Shown: positions 51,226 to 63,130 of the stretch, one piece after another
How the letters are laid out: each line of letters opens with the position of its first letter
Position numbering within the stretch: the first letter of the stretch is position 1
Source: Mobula hypostoma
Lineage: Eukaryota
Direction of reading: 5' to 3'
DNA: 64,000 nucleotides
NCBI RefSeq assembly: GCF_963921235.1
Contig: NC_086097.1
Span: 226,612,001-226,676,000 of the forward strand
The notes under the pieces: generated by a model
The model's database searches: none
Seen by the model: only the letters and a program-made list of their open reading frames with translations
What the model was told of the DNA's origin: nothing
Position numbers and translations under genes: made by a program

Positions 51226-53074
51226 AAATCCTCACTGCCGACTTTAGCATGGACCTGAAATCAATGCCCAATGCAATCTCACTTTCTTCAATGTTCCCAT
51301 TTCTGGCATAGGCTTTTGCAAGACAAGTTAACTTATGGCTACTTGAACTGTTGCAGTAATTGTGCTCCTTTCATAAACGTATGTAACTCATTCCGAGTTT
51401 CCGGCATATTACTTGGTTCCAACTTTTATTTCCCGTTTCAATATTGCCACCCCACGTATTTCCTGACCAAGCCAGAGTAGCTGATAGCTAAGGAACAAAT
51501 GCATTGCCAAAAATCTGCTGCTCAAGAATCTGTCGCCCACTGTCCCTCCAGCTGAAACAACAAGGCAGAGAGAAACTGAAAGAAAAGACAAGTAAGGGAA
51601 TACAAAAGAGGGGGTAAATGAATTTAAATGAAGGAAAAAGGAGAGAAATATGAAAATAAATGTAGTGGCAACATACAGATTATGAAAGGATGGAGATTTA
51701 GTGCATTGTAAGTGTACAAACGGGAATCCAAGGAAGATCTAGTGATATAATTATTAAGTACAAATATAAAATAATACTTGTAAATTATCATTATGAAAAT
51801 TGGGAACTGTAAACAAATGTGTGCAATGTTGAGACACCAAGGTACCCATTGCACTAATCTTTATGAAATCTACTATTATAGCTTCTTCCAGCCTTCAAAA
51901 TTAACACAGTTGTTATTTGTGCCTTGTTAGTCTTCAAAAGTAAATTACAAATCCCCACAGATATATTTCTTTTTTTTTCCCTTTTCTCAATTAGAGAATG
52001 TGACCATGAACAATGCACGATGCAATAATAAGTGTAAGAGCTAATAAAGGAGCAGCTTAATATTACGTGTCTTCCAGCGCAGGTTGAAGCTCACGTTTGA
52101 CATTGTGGTGGATTGTGTGTTAACCCACAGTTCCACAGAGAGTGATGCAACGCAGGAAAGGAAATAAGTACTAAAAGTGCAGAAAGTAAATCTTAAAATA
52201 TCTGCCAATTTTCAAATATTTTGTAACGTGAATTGCTGCTGGATGTGCTAAAGATCTAATAATGATCTAACATCGTTAACTGCATGCAACATACTGAAAT
52301 CATCCCCTTTGCCTCAAGGCAGTTATGGAGCTAATGCCCTTCTGTTGTGTTTAATGCCCTAATGCACAACAAAGGATGAGGAATTGGCAGATACAAAGCC
52401 AGTTTACCTAGATACCATACAGAAAAGTGGTTTCATCAGGAAAATGGAAAGAACTGATAATTGTCTACACATGCCATCAGAATAGATGTTTGTTTTGTTA
52501 AAATTGCTCATAATTGAATGCTGTTGTAGCAAAGCAGCTAAGGCATTTGCTTTACACAATGACACCCTACCTCAAATCTACCTCAATTAATCATATATCA
52601 ACTAGCATGCAGGAATGTAAAGTACCTGAGAAAATACACTTTCTTAAAAATAATAGTGGCCCAGATTTTGCTGAGTGAGCCTGCTACCCACATTCGCACT
52701 GAATTATATTAATACAATGCACTTTCTTATCCACAGCCAAATTTGATATCACAGACTAAAATGCAAATGAAAGTGTTAGCAATATTCAATAGGCTTGGCA
52801 GTGCAAAGTTAAAGACATCTCATCAGACCCTTTAACACTATTTCATTAGATGGTGTGTTTGTTTTGTTGGGCTTGCTCCACAAATGCTGGCTGACTTGTT
52901 ATTTCCAGCATTTCTGTTTTTATTTCCTGTTCCCACCTTAGTTAATTTTCAACATTACTGGTCAGAGCTTACCTGGACCCAGGCAGTGAGATCCTGCATG
53001 GCAGCAAAAATAGTAAGAACTTTACACCGCACTCCAACAGGAGTACACAACATAGCTTGCCTCATTCTGATTTT

Positions 53075-53212
53075 GTCCTGATGAAGGGTCTCGGCCCCAA
53101 GGTGTCAACTGTTTAATCTTTTCCATTGATGCTGACTGACCTGCTGAGTTCCTGTGGTATTTTGTGTGTGCTGCTTTGGATTTCCAACATCCGCAGATTT
53201 TCTCGTGTTTGA
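53075..53212 (+). mobile_element. Penelope-type terminal repeat, hammerhead-like motif with damaged GAAA
   Basis: gtc-ctgatga-agggtctcggccc-caaggtgtc-aactg plus the family tail. Confidence 0.8.
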
Positions 53213-53580
53213 CGCACCTCGCTCTTGCCCTTTTAATCCCTGTTTAGATTGTGTTTTAGGGCTAGCTTGATAAACGTTGTGTGGGAAATCCAACAAAGTC
53301 GTACTCTATCAGTTGGTTCCTTGCGGTGCCTGGTAGCAGAACCTAGCCAGGAGGTTCTGTACATCTACAATCATGCAGGAGTCCCAGGTCAGCTATCACC
53401 TAGAGGTGTAAGTTCTAGTGGTTCTCTTTTCCAGTAAATCGCTTTTTCCATATAATTCTATAATTACATCCTATGCAACATAGGCAAGGACAGAGAAAAG
53501 GAAGGAAACAAAAATTGGCAAAACTGTATATTCTTGAGAGTATTGGGGCCAGATACTAAGATGGGGCTTAGTAGGAACAT

Positions 53581-53785
53581 GGCTGGCTGATGGTGTAGTG
53601 GCATCGCACCGGACTTCGGAGTGGGTGGTCCCGGGATTGAATCCAGCCGGCTCCTCGCACGCCTTCCACCCATGCTGGGTTGAACATCAAGCTGGCAACT
53701 CAGCCTCGTTAAACAGACGAACGCTGAAGAAACCACGAGCTAAAGATGTGCCTAACAAGGCATGGGGAGGAACTTAGAAGAAGTA
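53581..53785 (+). mobile_element. tRNA-derived SINE (family of 16885-17088) with AAG-like tail
   Basis: tggtgtagtgg A box, gggattgaatcc B box, tail ttagaagaag. Confidence 0.75.
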
Positions 53786-55055
53786 TAAAGCACATTCTAA
53801 ATAGCAATTACATTTTAAGGTTATTAAAATACTTAACTGGAAAGTTGTGAGACGTAGTATAAAGTTTGACAAATGTCAATCATTAAAGTACAAAAAGATT
53901 TTGCCACCCTTTGTACACTGCTATCAAATAAAAATATCCAGTCTATAACTTCTCTATACATAAGGAACAATGCAGAATATAGTTCTGCTTCTGAATGGCA
54001 TGTACATCCCTCCTAATAACTCCACTTGAAGTTTCATTATAAAAATCTTGAATATCTCAAATTTAGTTCCTTGAAATCTAGAGCAAAGTCATTTGAATAT
54101 ATTGCATTATAAATGAATTAAGTATTGATTAAAAATGGTCTAAAAACCACGGTTATGCAACACTAAGTTAGATGATTGGTTATAAAAGAGTCCTAGAGAA
54201 ACTACAGTGAATTTAAGTAATGTAATTGTATGTGGAAATAGCCTAACATTTGCTGCAGTTACTGCCCTTTACAAAGCAAGTAATTATGGACTTGTTGGTG
54301 TGTTTAAAAGTTATCATGGGAAAAACAGCATATGTATTAAATCTGTATTTTGCCAATCTTCCTGGAAAACAATGCAATAATTTGGATTTATAGGAAGATA
54401 ATTCAAAGACTTTGTTTTTATAATTGGTTAAGCATTCCTTTTTTCTTTTAAGTTATGTTTGTTTTCATGACCTTGGTTAAAGCTTTTTTCCCTCCCGTTA
54501 TCAGTGCAGTCATTATTCTTACTGGCTGTCTGGTACTCCGTGTGAATAACACAGGAGCACATTTAATCCACTGGAGATTTTTCTACAAACTACAGAGAAT
54601 CATGCTACTGCTGTCTGTGCTTGTATGTTAGCAGTGGAAATGCACTGACAGTTTTATTGTCAGTCCTGGGCTGAAGTGGTCACCAGTGGCCTTGAATTAG
54701 AAAAGAAAGTGGGGTTAAATAAATAAATAAGCAACCTAAATAATGACCTGAAAGAGAAGCTTAACAAAGCCATTTCAGTGTCTGAGGTCTCTGGCTGCCT
54801 GGCAGTCTCTTGAAAGTGAATTCCCTTCCTTTGGGAATGATGAGATAAAAGGATGACCAGGAAAAATATTTGCCTAGAAATTCATCCCTAGTTGGTAGCT
54901 ACAAGGCAGCATGTTGCACTGTGTGGCTGAGATTCAACTGTATTCCTCAATGGAACCACATTTCAGGAGTGGAGCACAATCAGGAGTAGTTTCCAAGGAT
55001 TAGGGATCAGTTGCTTGGCTATCTGATTTTACTTAGCATTTTTTTAGAGAATATA

Positions 55056-56493
55056 CAAACCCCATTTCCAGAAAAGTTGGGATATTTTCCAAAATGCAAT
55101 AAAAACAAAAATCTGTGATATGTTAATTCACATGAACCTCTATTTAACTGACAAAAGCACAAAGAAAAGATTTTCAATAGTTTTACTGACCAACTTAATT
55201 GTATTTTGTAAACATACACAAATTTAGAATTTGATGGCCGCAACACACTCAACAAAAGTTGGGACAGAGGCATGTTTACCATTGTGTTACGTCACCTTTC
55301 CTTTCAATAACACTTTTTAATCGTTTTGGAGCTGAGGATACTAATTGTAGTAGATTTGCAATTGGAAATTTTGTCCATTCTTGCTTGATATAAGACTTCA
55401 GCTGATCAACAGTCCGTGGTCTCCGTTGTCTGATCCTCCTCTTCATGATGCGCCATACATTTTCAGGAGATGGATCTGGACTGGCAGCAGGCCAGTCAAG
55501 CACACGTACTCTGTGTCTACAAAGCCACACTGTTGTAGCCCGTGCAGAATGTGGTCTGGCATTGTCCAGCTGAAATAAGCATGGACGTCCCAGGAAGAGA
55601 CATCGCCTTGATGGCAACATATGTCTCTCTAAAATCCTAATATACACCTCAGCGTCAATGGTACCTTCACATACATGCAACTCACCCATGCCGTGGGCAC
55701 TGATGCACCCCCATACCATCACAGATGCTGGCTTTTGCACCTTTAGCTGATAACAATCTGGATGGTCATTTTCATCTTTGGCACGGAGAACTCGACGCCC
55801 GTTTTTTCCGAAAACTAGCTGAAATGTGGACTCATCTGACCACAGCACACGGTTCCACAGTCTTTCGGTCCATCTGAGATGAGCTTGGGCCCAGAGAACT
55901 CACCGGCGTTTCTGCATAGAGTTGGTGTATGGCTTCCTCCTTGCGTAATACAGTTTCAAGTTGCATTTCTGGATGCAGCGACGGACTGTGTTGAGTGACA
56001 ATGGTTTTCTGAAGTACTCCCGAGCCCAGGTGGCTATAGTTGTCACAGTAGCATGACGGTTTCTTAGGCAGTGCCGCCTGAGGGCTCGAAGATCATGCGC
56101 ATTCAACAGTGGTTTCCGACCTTGCCCTTTACGCACTGAGATGTCTCTGAATTCTCTGAATCTTTTCACAATATTATGTACTGTAGATGTTGAAAGACCT
56201 AAATTCTCTGCAATCTTGCATTGAGAAATGTTCCTTTTGAACTGACTAACAATTCTCTCATGAATTTTGGCACAAAGGGGTCTGTCCCAACTTTTGTTGA
56301 GTGTGTTGCAGCCATCAAATTCTAAATTTGTATATATTTACAAAATACAATTAAGTTGGTCAGTAAAACTATTGAAAATTTTTTCTTTGTACTTTTGTCA
56401 GTTAAATAAAGGTTCACATGAATTAACATATCACAGATTTTTGTTTTTATTGCATTTTGGAAAATATCCCAACTTTTCTGGAAATGGGGTTTG
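55056..56493 (-). mobile_element. Tc1-family IR/DR transposon with 213-bp TIRs and TA TSD
   Basis: TA-caaaccccatttccagaaaagttggga...tcccaacttttctggaaatggggtttg-TA. TIRs 55056-55268 and 56281-56493, with inner DR caaaagttgggac. Confidence 0.97.
55276..56279 (-). pseudogene. Tc1 DD(34)E transposase pseudogene
   Basis: HTH region ..KIAENLGLSTSTVHNIVKRFRE..; WSDES, VMVWGCIS, FQLDNARPH, WPAASPDPSPENVW. One in-frame TGA at 55900-55902; start codon missing. Confidence 0.93.
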
Positions 56494-56734
56494 TATTTCC
56501 CTGTAAGGTGTTCTCCTTTTTTACCCTGAAGGTTTGAACTCATGCTGAGGTAAGGACTGTTGGTTTGTATGATTCCTTCTTTGTGTGGGCTTGAGTCAAG
56601 TTATTTGATTGAAGGAAAGACAGCACAGTTAAGCGTGGTTGTGTTTTCATTTAACATTGAAGAATGTGTTCAAATGCACGCAGGCCCATCACTAGATGAT
56701 GATGAGGGGACCGAGCCCCTGCTGATTTCAAAGC

Positions 56735-56832
56735 GACACACACAAAATGCTGGAGGAACCAAGCAGGCCAGGCAGCATCTATGGAAAAGTGTAAACAGTC
56801 GACATTTCGGGCCGAAACCCTTCCTCGGGACC
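56735..56832 (-). mobile_element. Penelope-type repeat with degenerate hammerhead motif (56796-56832)
   Basis: Reverse complement ggtc-ccgagga-agggtttcggccc-gaaatgtc-gactg. Confidence 0.75.
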
Positions 56833-57403
56833 GATTTCACCCTTCATTCCCTGTAAACATTGAGGCAATTTCTGATCATTTCAACTAATTTAGAAGCAAT
56901 AAGGAAAAGACTAGGAATCCTCAAATTCAAAGCACATTTATTATCAAAGAATGCTTAAATTATAAACCTTGCAATTTGTCTGCTTACAGGCAGCCACAAA
57001 GCAAGAAACTCGAATAACCCAATTAAAAAAACCAAAAACCACTTTGCAGAGAAAGAGGGAGAAAAAAGATATTAGATAGATCCCAAAGGAAAAACACATC
57101 ATGCAAACAGTAGAGGCAATCCCATCACTGCCACCATCCGCCACACCTCGCTATCATGTGTGGGTAAGCCTACCCGATGAGGGTCACCATTTGGGGGGAG
57201 AAAAAGCAGATGGTGAGCCACAACAGCACGTTAGTGCAAAGGGGTTTTATTTAGTGCCAGGACGAACAAGTGCAAAAGCTGCCCAAAAGTTGTGAAGAGA
57301 AAAAATATTTACATGTAGACAAATGAAAAACAAACATGTATGAACAAACATTTACAAATATAGAGTATTTCTCCACAACACACTTTGTCTTTAACTTTCC
57401 AAT

Positions 57404-57610
57404 TTCCCAGTGGGGGGGAGGGGGGTTTGTTGCTCGCCACAACTTACGCGCGGGAGGGGGTAGCTAGGGTGGGGAGAATTTGGGGTTCTCACGTTTAACT
57501 GTCGTTCATTCTTTGGGGCACTTCTCTGTTTTCTTGGATGTTTTGTGAAGAAAAAGCATTTCAGGAAATATATTATGTACATTTCTCTGACATTAAATTG
57601 AATCTTTGAA
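57404..57610 (+). mobile_element. Short retroposon 3' end inserted in the left LTR
   Basis: Absent from the right LTR copy; ends ctctgacattaaattgaatctttgaa. Confidence 0.65.
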
Positions 57611-57878
57611 TATAATTATTCTCCAACCTCCACATCTCTCTAGCAAAGCCAGACTGAGGGTTTACCTCTGCCTGCCTGACTTAGAAGGATCAGAAATTCT
57701 ATTCTCTATCGGGTGGGGGGGGGGGATAATCACATGACCAGACCATAATAATTATTTCAGATGTAGAACTGGAACATACTGTTGCGGGGGATGACTTACC
57801 TGGGACCAGCTGCAGTAGCCGGATCTCGGGCACTGAGTCTGGCTCTGCAGTGCAGAAGGGAGGGGGAAAAAGAGGAGA

Positions 57879-58385
57879 GTGATAGTGATAGGGGACTCGA
57901 TAGTTAGAGGTGCAGATAGAAGGTTCTGTGGTCGTGACAGAGAATCCAGGGTGGTTTGTTGCCTCCCAGGTGCCAGGGTCAAGGATGTCTCTGATCGATT
58001 GCATGACATTCTGAAGTGGGAGGGTGACCAGCCAGATGTCGTGGTGCACATCGGTACCAATGACATAGCAAGGAAGAGTGAAGAGGTCCTGGACAGTGAG
58101 TATACAGAGCTTGGTAGGAAGTTGAAAAGCAGGACCTCAAGGGTGGTAATCTCAGGATTGCTACCTGTGCTAGGTGCCAGTGAGGGTAGGAATAGGATGC
58201 TCTGGAGGAGGAACAAGTGGCTGAGGAACTGGTGTAGGGGGCGGGGTTTCAGATTTCAGGATCATTGGGACCTCTTCTGGGGCAGGTGGGACCTGTACGA
58301 GAGAGACGGGTTACGCTTGAACCACAGGGGGACCAATATCCTTTCAGGGAGGTTTGTTAGTGCTATTGGGGAGGCTTTAAACTAG
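57879..58385 (+). pseudogene. CR1 ORF1 SGNH/GDSL-like esterase domain (5' truncated)
   Basis: VIGDSIVR, CLPGARV, VVVHIGTND, DGLRLN (catalytic H position reads R). Confidence 0.9.
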
Positions 58386-58387
58386 AT

Positions 58388-61372
58388 TTGCAGGGGGATG
58401 GGAACCACAGTGCCAGAGCTGACAGTGTGGCTGGGGTGAAAATAAGTGATATTGAAAGTTTAAGCAAATCCGCTGATAGAAAGGTTGTGAGTGGTGGTAA
58501 AAATCTTCTGAGGTGTATATATTTCAATGCTAGGAGTATTGCGGGGAAGGCGGATGAGTTGAGGGCATGGATTGACACGTGGAATTATGATGTTGTAGCA
58601 ATTAGTGAAACTTGGCTACAGGAGGGGCAGGACTGGCAGCTTAATATTCCAGGGTTCCGATGTTTCAGATGTGATCGAGGCAGAGGAATGAAAGGTGGGG
58701 GAGTAGCATTGCTTGTTAGGGAAAATATTACAGCAGTGCTCAGGCAGGACAGATTAGAGGGCTTGTCTACTGAGTCCTTGTGGGTGGAGCTGAGAAACAG
58801 GAAAGGTATGGCCACATTAGAGGGATTGTATTACAGACCACCCAATAGTCAACGAGACTTGGAAGAGCAAACCTGCAGAGAGATAGCAGGCAACTGCAGG
58901 AAACATAAAGTTGTGGTGGTAGAGGATTTTAATTTTCCATACATTGATTGGGACTCCCATACTGTTAGGAGTCTAGATGGTTTAGAGTTTGTAAAATGTG
59001 TTCAGGAAAGTTTTCTAAATCAGTATATAGAGGGACCAACTAGAGGGGATGCAATATTGGATCTCCTGTTAGGAAACGAATTAGGGCAAGTGACAGAAGT
59101 CTATGTAGGGGAGCACTTTGGTTCCAGTGATCATAACACCATTAGTTTCAATTTGATCATGGACAAGGATAGATCTGGTCCTAGGGTTGAGGTTCTGAAC
59201 TGGAAGAAGGCCAAATTTGAAGAAATGAGAAAGGATCTAAGAAGCGTGGATTGGGACAGGTTGTTCGCTGGCAAAGATGTGATTGGTAGGTGGGAAGCCT
59301 TCAAAGGGGAAATTTTGAGAGTGCAGAGTTTGTATGTTCCTGTCAGGATTAAAGGCAAATTGAATAGGAATAAGGAACCTTAGTTCTCAAGGGATATTGC
59401 AACTCTGATAAAGAAGAAGAGGGAGTTGTATGAAATGTATAGGAAACAGGGGGTAAATCAGGTGCTTGAGGAGTATAAGAAGTGCAAGAAAATACTTAAG
59501 AAAGAAATCAGGAGGGCAAAAAGAAGACATGAGGTTGCCTTGGCAGTCAAAGTGAAGGATAATCCAAAGAGCTTTTACAAGTATATTAAGAGCAAAAGGA
59601 TTGTAAGGGATAAAATTGGTCCTCTTGAAGATCAGAGTGGTCGGCTTTGTGTGGAACCAAAGGAAATGGGGGAGATCTTAAATAGGTTTTTTGCGTCTGT
59701 ATTTACTAAGAAAGCTGGCATGAAATCTATGGAATTGAGGGAATCAAGTAGTGAGACCATGGAAACTGTACAGATTGAAAAGGAGGAGGTGCTTGCTGTC
59801 TTGAGGAAAATTAAAGTGGATAAATCCCCGGGACCTGACAGAGTGTTCCCTCGGTCCTTGAAGGAGACTAGTGTTGAAATTGCGGGGGCCCTGGCAGAAA
59901 TATTTAAAATGTCGCTGTCTATGGGTGAAGTGCCGGAGGATTGGAGAGTGGCTCATGTTGTTCCGTTGTTTAAAAAAGGATCGAAAAGTAATCCAGGAAA
60001 TTATAGGCCAGTGAGTTTAACGTCAGTAGTAGGTAAGTTATTGGAGGGAGTACCAAGAGACAGGATCTACAAGCATTTGGATAGACAGGGGCTTATTAGG
60101 GAGAGTCAACATGGCTTTGTGCGTGGTAGGTCATGTTTGACCAATCTGCTGGAGTTTTTCGAGGAGGTTACCAGGAAAGTGGATGAAGGGAAGGCAGTGG
60201 ATATTGTCTACATGGACTTCAGTAAGGCCTTTGACAAGGTCCCGCATGGGAGGTTAGTTTGGAAAATTCAGTCGCTAGGTATACATGGAGAGGTGGCAAA
60301 TTGGATTAGACATTGGCTCGATGGAAGAAGCCAGAGAGTGGTGGTAGAGAATTGCTTCTCTGAGTGGAGGCCTGTGACTAGTGGTGTGCCACAGGGATCA
60401 GTGCTGGGTCCATTGTTATTTGTCATCTATATCAATGATCTGGATGATAATGTAGTAAATTGGATCAGCAAGTTTGCTGATGATACTAAGATTGGAGGTG
60501 TAGTAGACATTGAGGAAGGTTTTCAGAGCCTGCAGAGGGACTTGGACCAGCTGGAAAAATGGGCTGAAAAATGACAGATGGAGTTTAATACTGACAAGTG
60601 TGAGGTATTGCATGTTGGAAGGACAAACCAACGTAGAACATACAGGGTTAATGGGAAGGCACTGAGGAGTGCAGTGGAACAGAGGGATCTGGGAATACAG
60701 ATACAAAATTCCCTAAAAGTGTCGTCACAGGTTGATAGGGTCATAAAGAGAGCTTTTGGTACATTGGCCTTTATTAATCAAAGTATTGAGTATAAGAACT
60801 GGAATGTTATGATGAGGTTGTATAAGGCATTGGTGAGGCCGAATCTGGAGTATTGTGTTCAGTTTTGGTCACCAAATTACAGGATGAATATAAATAAGGT
60901 TGAAAGAATGCAGAGAAGGTTTACAAGGATGTTGCCGGGACTTGAGAAACTCAGTTACAGAGAAAGGTTGAATAGGTTAGGACTTTATTCCCTGGAGCGT
61001 AGAAGAATGAGGGGAGATTTGATAGAGGTATATAAAATTATGATGGGTATAGATAGAGTGAATGCAAGCAGGCTTTTTCCACTGAGGCAAGGGGAGAAAA
61101 AAACCAGAGGACATGGGTTAAGGGTGAGGGGGGAAAAGTTTAAAGGGAACATTAGGGGGGGCTTCTTCACACAGAGAGCGGTGGGAGTGTGGAATGAGCT
61201 GCCAGACGAGGTGGTAAATGCTGGTTCTTGTTTAACATTTAAGAATAAATTGGACAGATACATGGATGGGAGGTGTATGGAGGGATATGGTCCGTGTGCA
61301 GGTCAGTGGGACGAGGCAGAAAATGGTTTGGCACAGCCAAGATGGGCCAAAGGGCCTGTTTCTGTGCTGTAG
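58388..61372 (+). pseudogene. CR1 ORF2 (APE endonuclease + RT), single frame with two nonsense codons
   Basis: [46 protein letters not shown]. Three ORF pieces share one frame, with stops at 59381-83 and 60572-74. Confidence 0.97.
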
Positions 61373-61684
61373 TTTCTGTGGTTCTATTTTAGACAGGGAT
61401 TCTAACGCCCTACAGTTTTATTCCACAACAAGTGCCTTAGATAAACCCTTAGACCAATGTCCACATGCTCAGATGATTATAAAAGAATATTGCCTCCCCA
61501 CCACTGGGTGTTGCCTGTGTAGGGTGTGGTACGCCTGCTCCCACTAACCTAGGCATTATTTTAGGATGCCCCAAACTGTCCCTCAAGTCTTTTAGGGCCA
61601 TTCCGCTGTCTACGAACTGATGTAACGGCGTGAGTGAAAAGTGCTTGTAATGCCTGTGTCCAGAATCCTTATTTTTATGAGTTA

Positions 61685-62027
61685 CAAGGGGTGATTGATA
61701 TGTTCGTGGCCTAAGGTAGAAGGAGTCAATTTTAGAAAACCTAGCACATTTATTTTCAACACAGTCTCCTCCTACATGTACACACTTAGTCCAGCGGTCG
61801 TGGAGCATATGGATCCTTATTTGTAGAAGTCGGCGTCTTGGACCACCAGAAGTGGTCCACAGCAGGGGTGATTGATAAGTTCGTGGCCTAAGGTAGAAGG
61901 AGATGAGTTATTAACTTCAAACCTTCTGCAGAATCACTCAAAGAGTTGAACTGCCACGTGCATGTAACGAGAGCTGTATAATTCATCTCCTTCTACCTTA
62001 GGCCACAAACTTATCAATCACCCCTGG
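61685..62027. mobile_element. mariner-like MITE with TA TSD and three TIR copies
   Basis: TA-caaggggtgattgatatgttcgtggcctaaggtagaaggag...ctccttctaccttaggccacaaacttatcaatcacccctgg-TA. Extra TIR at ~61863. Single TA at the empty site in the other LTR. Confidence 0.92.
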
Positions 62028-62304
62028 TATAAACCAGTGGAGCACGTTAACTGAAGGGATTGTTTTGATTAGCCAAGCTAGCGTTTGTTTTACTGTTAGT
62101 GTGTGTAAATGGTGAACTCCCAAGAAATGCAGAATGGGAGGGCAAGGTGTGTGAACTACTGGGGAAAGTAGACCAGGGACAGAACATGAAGGCATGACTA
62201 ACTGGGCAAAGGGGCAAGGTTAGCAGGAGAATTAGAATCGCCACCTTGTTCTGTCACACAACTCCCCCCACCACATCTTCTGGATAGCATTCTCACTTCC
62301 AACA

Positions 62305-63100
62305 GCGGATTGACCAGATGCAAGAAGCATTATGTGGCCTACCAGAATTAGGTGGTCATCTTCAGCACCAGTTGGGAGGACCACCTGAAGCACGTTTAGG
62401 ATGTCCCGAAGAAGACTGCAGTCATTGGCTTGACACTGAACATCCAGAAGGGCGAGTGGGCCCGTGCTGAGACACAGTACCTCGGTTACCAGCGACGGCA
62501 AGGACTAGTTCAGCCACTGGTCAACAAGATCGAGGCCATCAGAAATGGTCCCTGGCCCTGCATGAAAAAACAGGTCCAGTCCTTCCAGGGGTTAGTCAGG
62601 CAGTATCCCTCAGTTTGCCACCTTGGCAGTCCCATTAACAGAACTGAGGCTGAAGTCTGCAACGAATCCGGTCCGGTGCACTGAAGAATGCGAGGAAACC
62701 TTTGTGACTCTGAAGGAGGCCTTGTGTTCCCAGCCGGTCCTCATCAGCCCAGACTTCACCAAGCTATTCACCATCCTGTTCAGTGGGGATTGGAGCTGTT
62801 CCTAGCCCAGGGAGAAGAACAGAAGATATTATACCTTAGTCAGAAGCTGCTACCATGGGAGACAAGGTTTTCCACTGTTGAGAAGGAAGCTCTTTCCATA
62901 AAATGGGCCTCGGAGGCCTTTGGTGTTACCTGCTAGGCAGAGAATTCATTTTGGAGACCGACCACAAAGCACTCACCTGGATCCACCATGAAAGACCACA
63001 CAATGCACGCATCATGAGGCGGTACCTGGCTCTACAACTGTTCCATTTCAACATCCGTCATAAGGCAGAACAGCACAATGTCATGGCAGACTAGCTTCCC
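62305..63100 (+). pseudogene. Gypsy (Gmr1-like) pol remnant: RT C-half plus RNase H
   Basis: AYQN*VVIFSTSWEDHLKH (decayed YLDD), LTLN..ETQYLGY, KKQVQSFQGL, LCSQPVLISPDF, ILYLSQKLL..STVEKEAL, FILETDHKAL, NVMAD. Confidence 0.9.
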
Positions 63101-63130
63101 GAGTGCAATTCAGAAGAGATTGGGGGGGGG

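Larger units (their letters stand above)
57777..61386 (+). mobile_element. Young, 5'-truncated CR1 LINE with esterase ORF1 and nearly intact ORF2
   Basis: The empty site gaactggaaca|ttttaaacaggg is visible in the other LTR. Tail ctgtagtttctgtggttcta. Confidence 0.97.
57157..62258 (-). mobile_element. Gypsy-type LTR (~1 kb net) on the minus strand, interrupted by three insertions; PPT at ~62259-62280
   Basis: Minus strand: PPT gaagatgtggtggggggag, then TGTGACAGAAC..., AATAAA near 57250, end ..ttacccacaCA. Segments 57254-57403, 57610-57776, 61387-61684 and 62028-62258 are collinear with the reverse complement of 63136-64000. Confidence 0.8.

Noticed and set aside
53585..53655. tRNA gene
   Set aside because: A/B boxes are present, but it continues into a SINE body shared with 16885-17088 and lacks a clean cloverleaf
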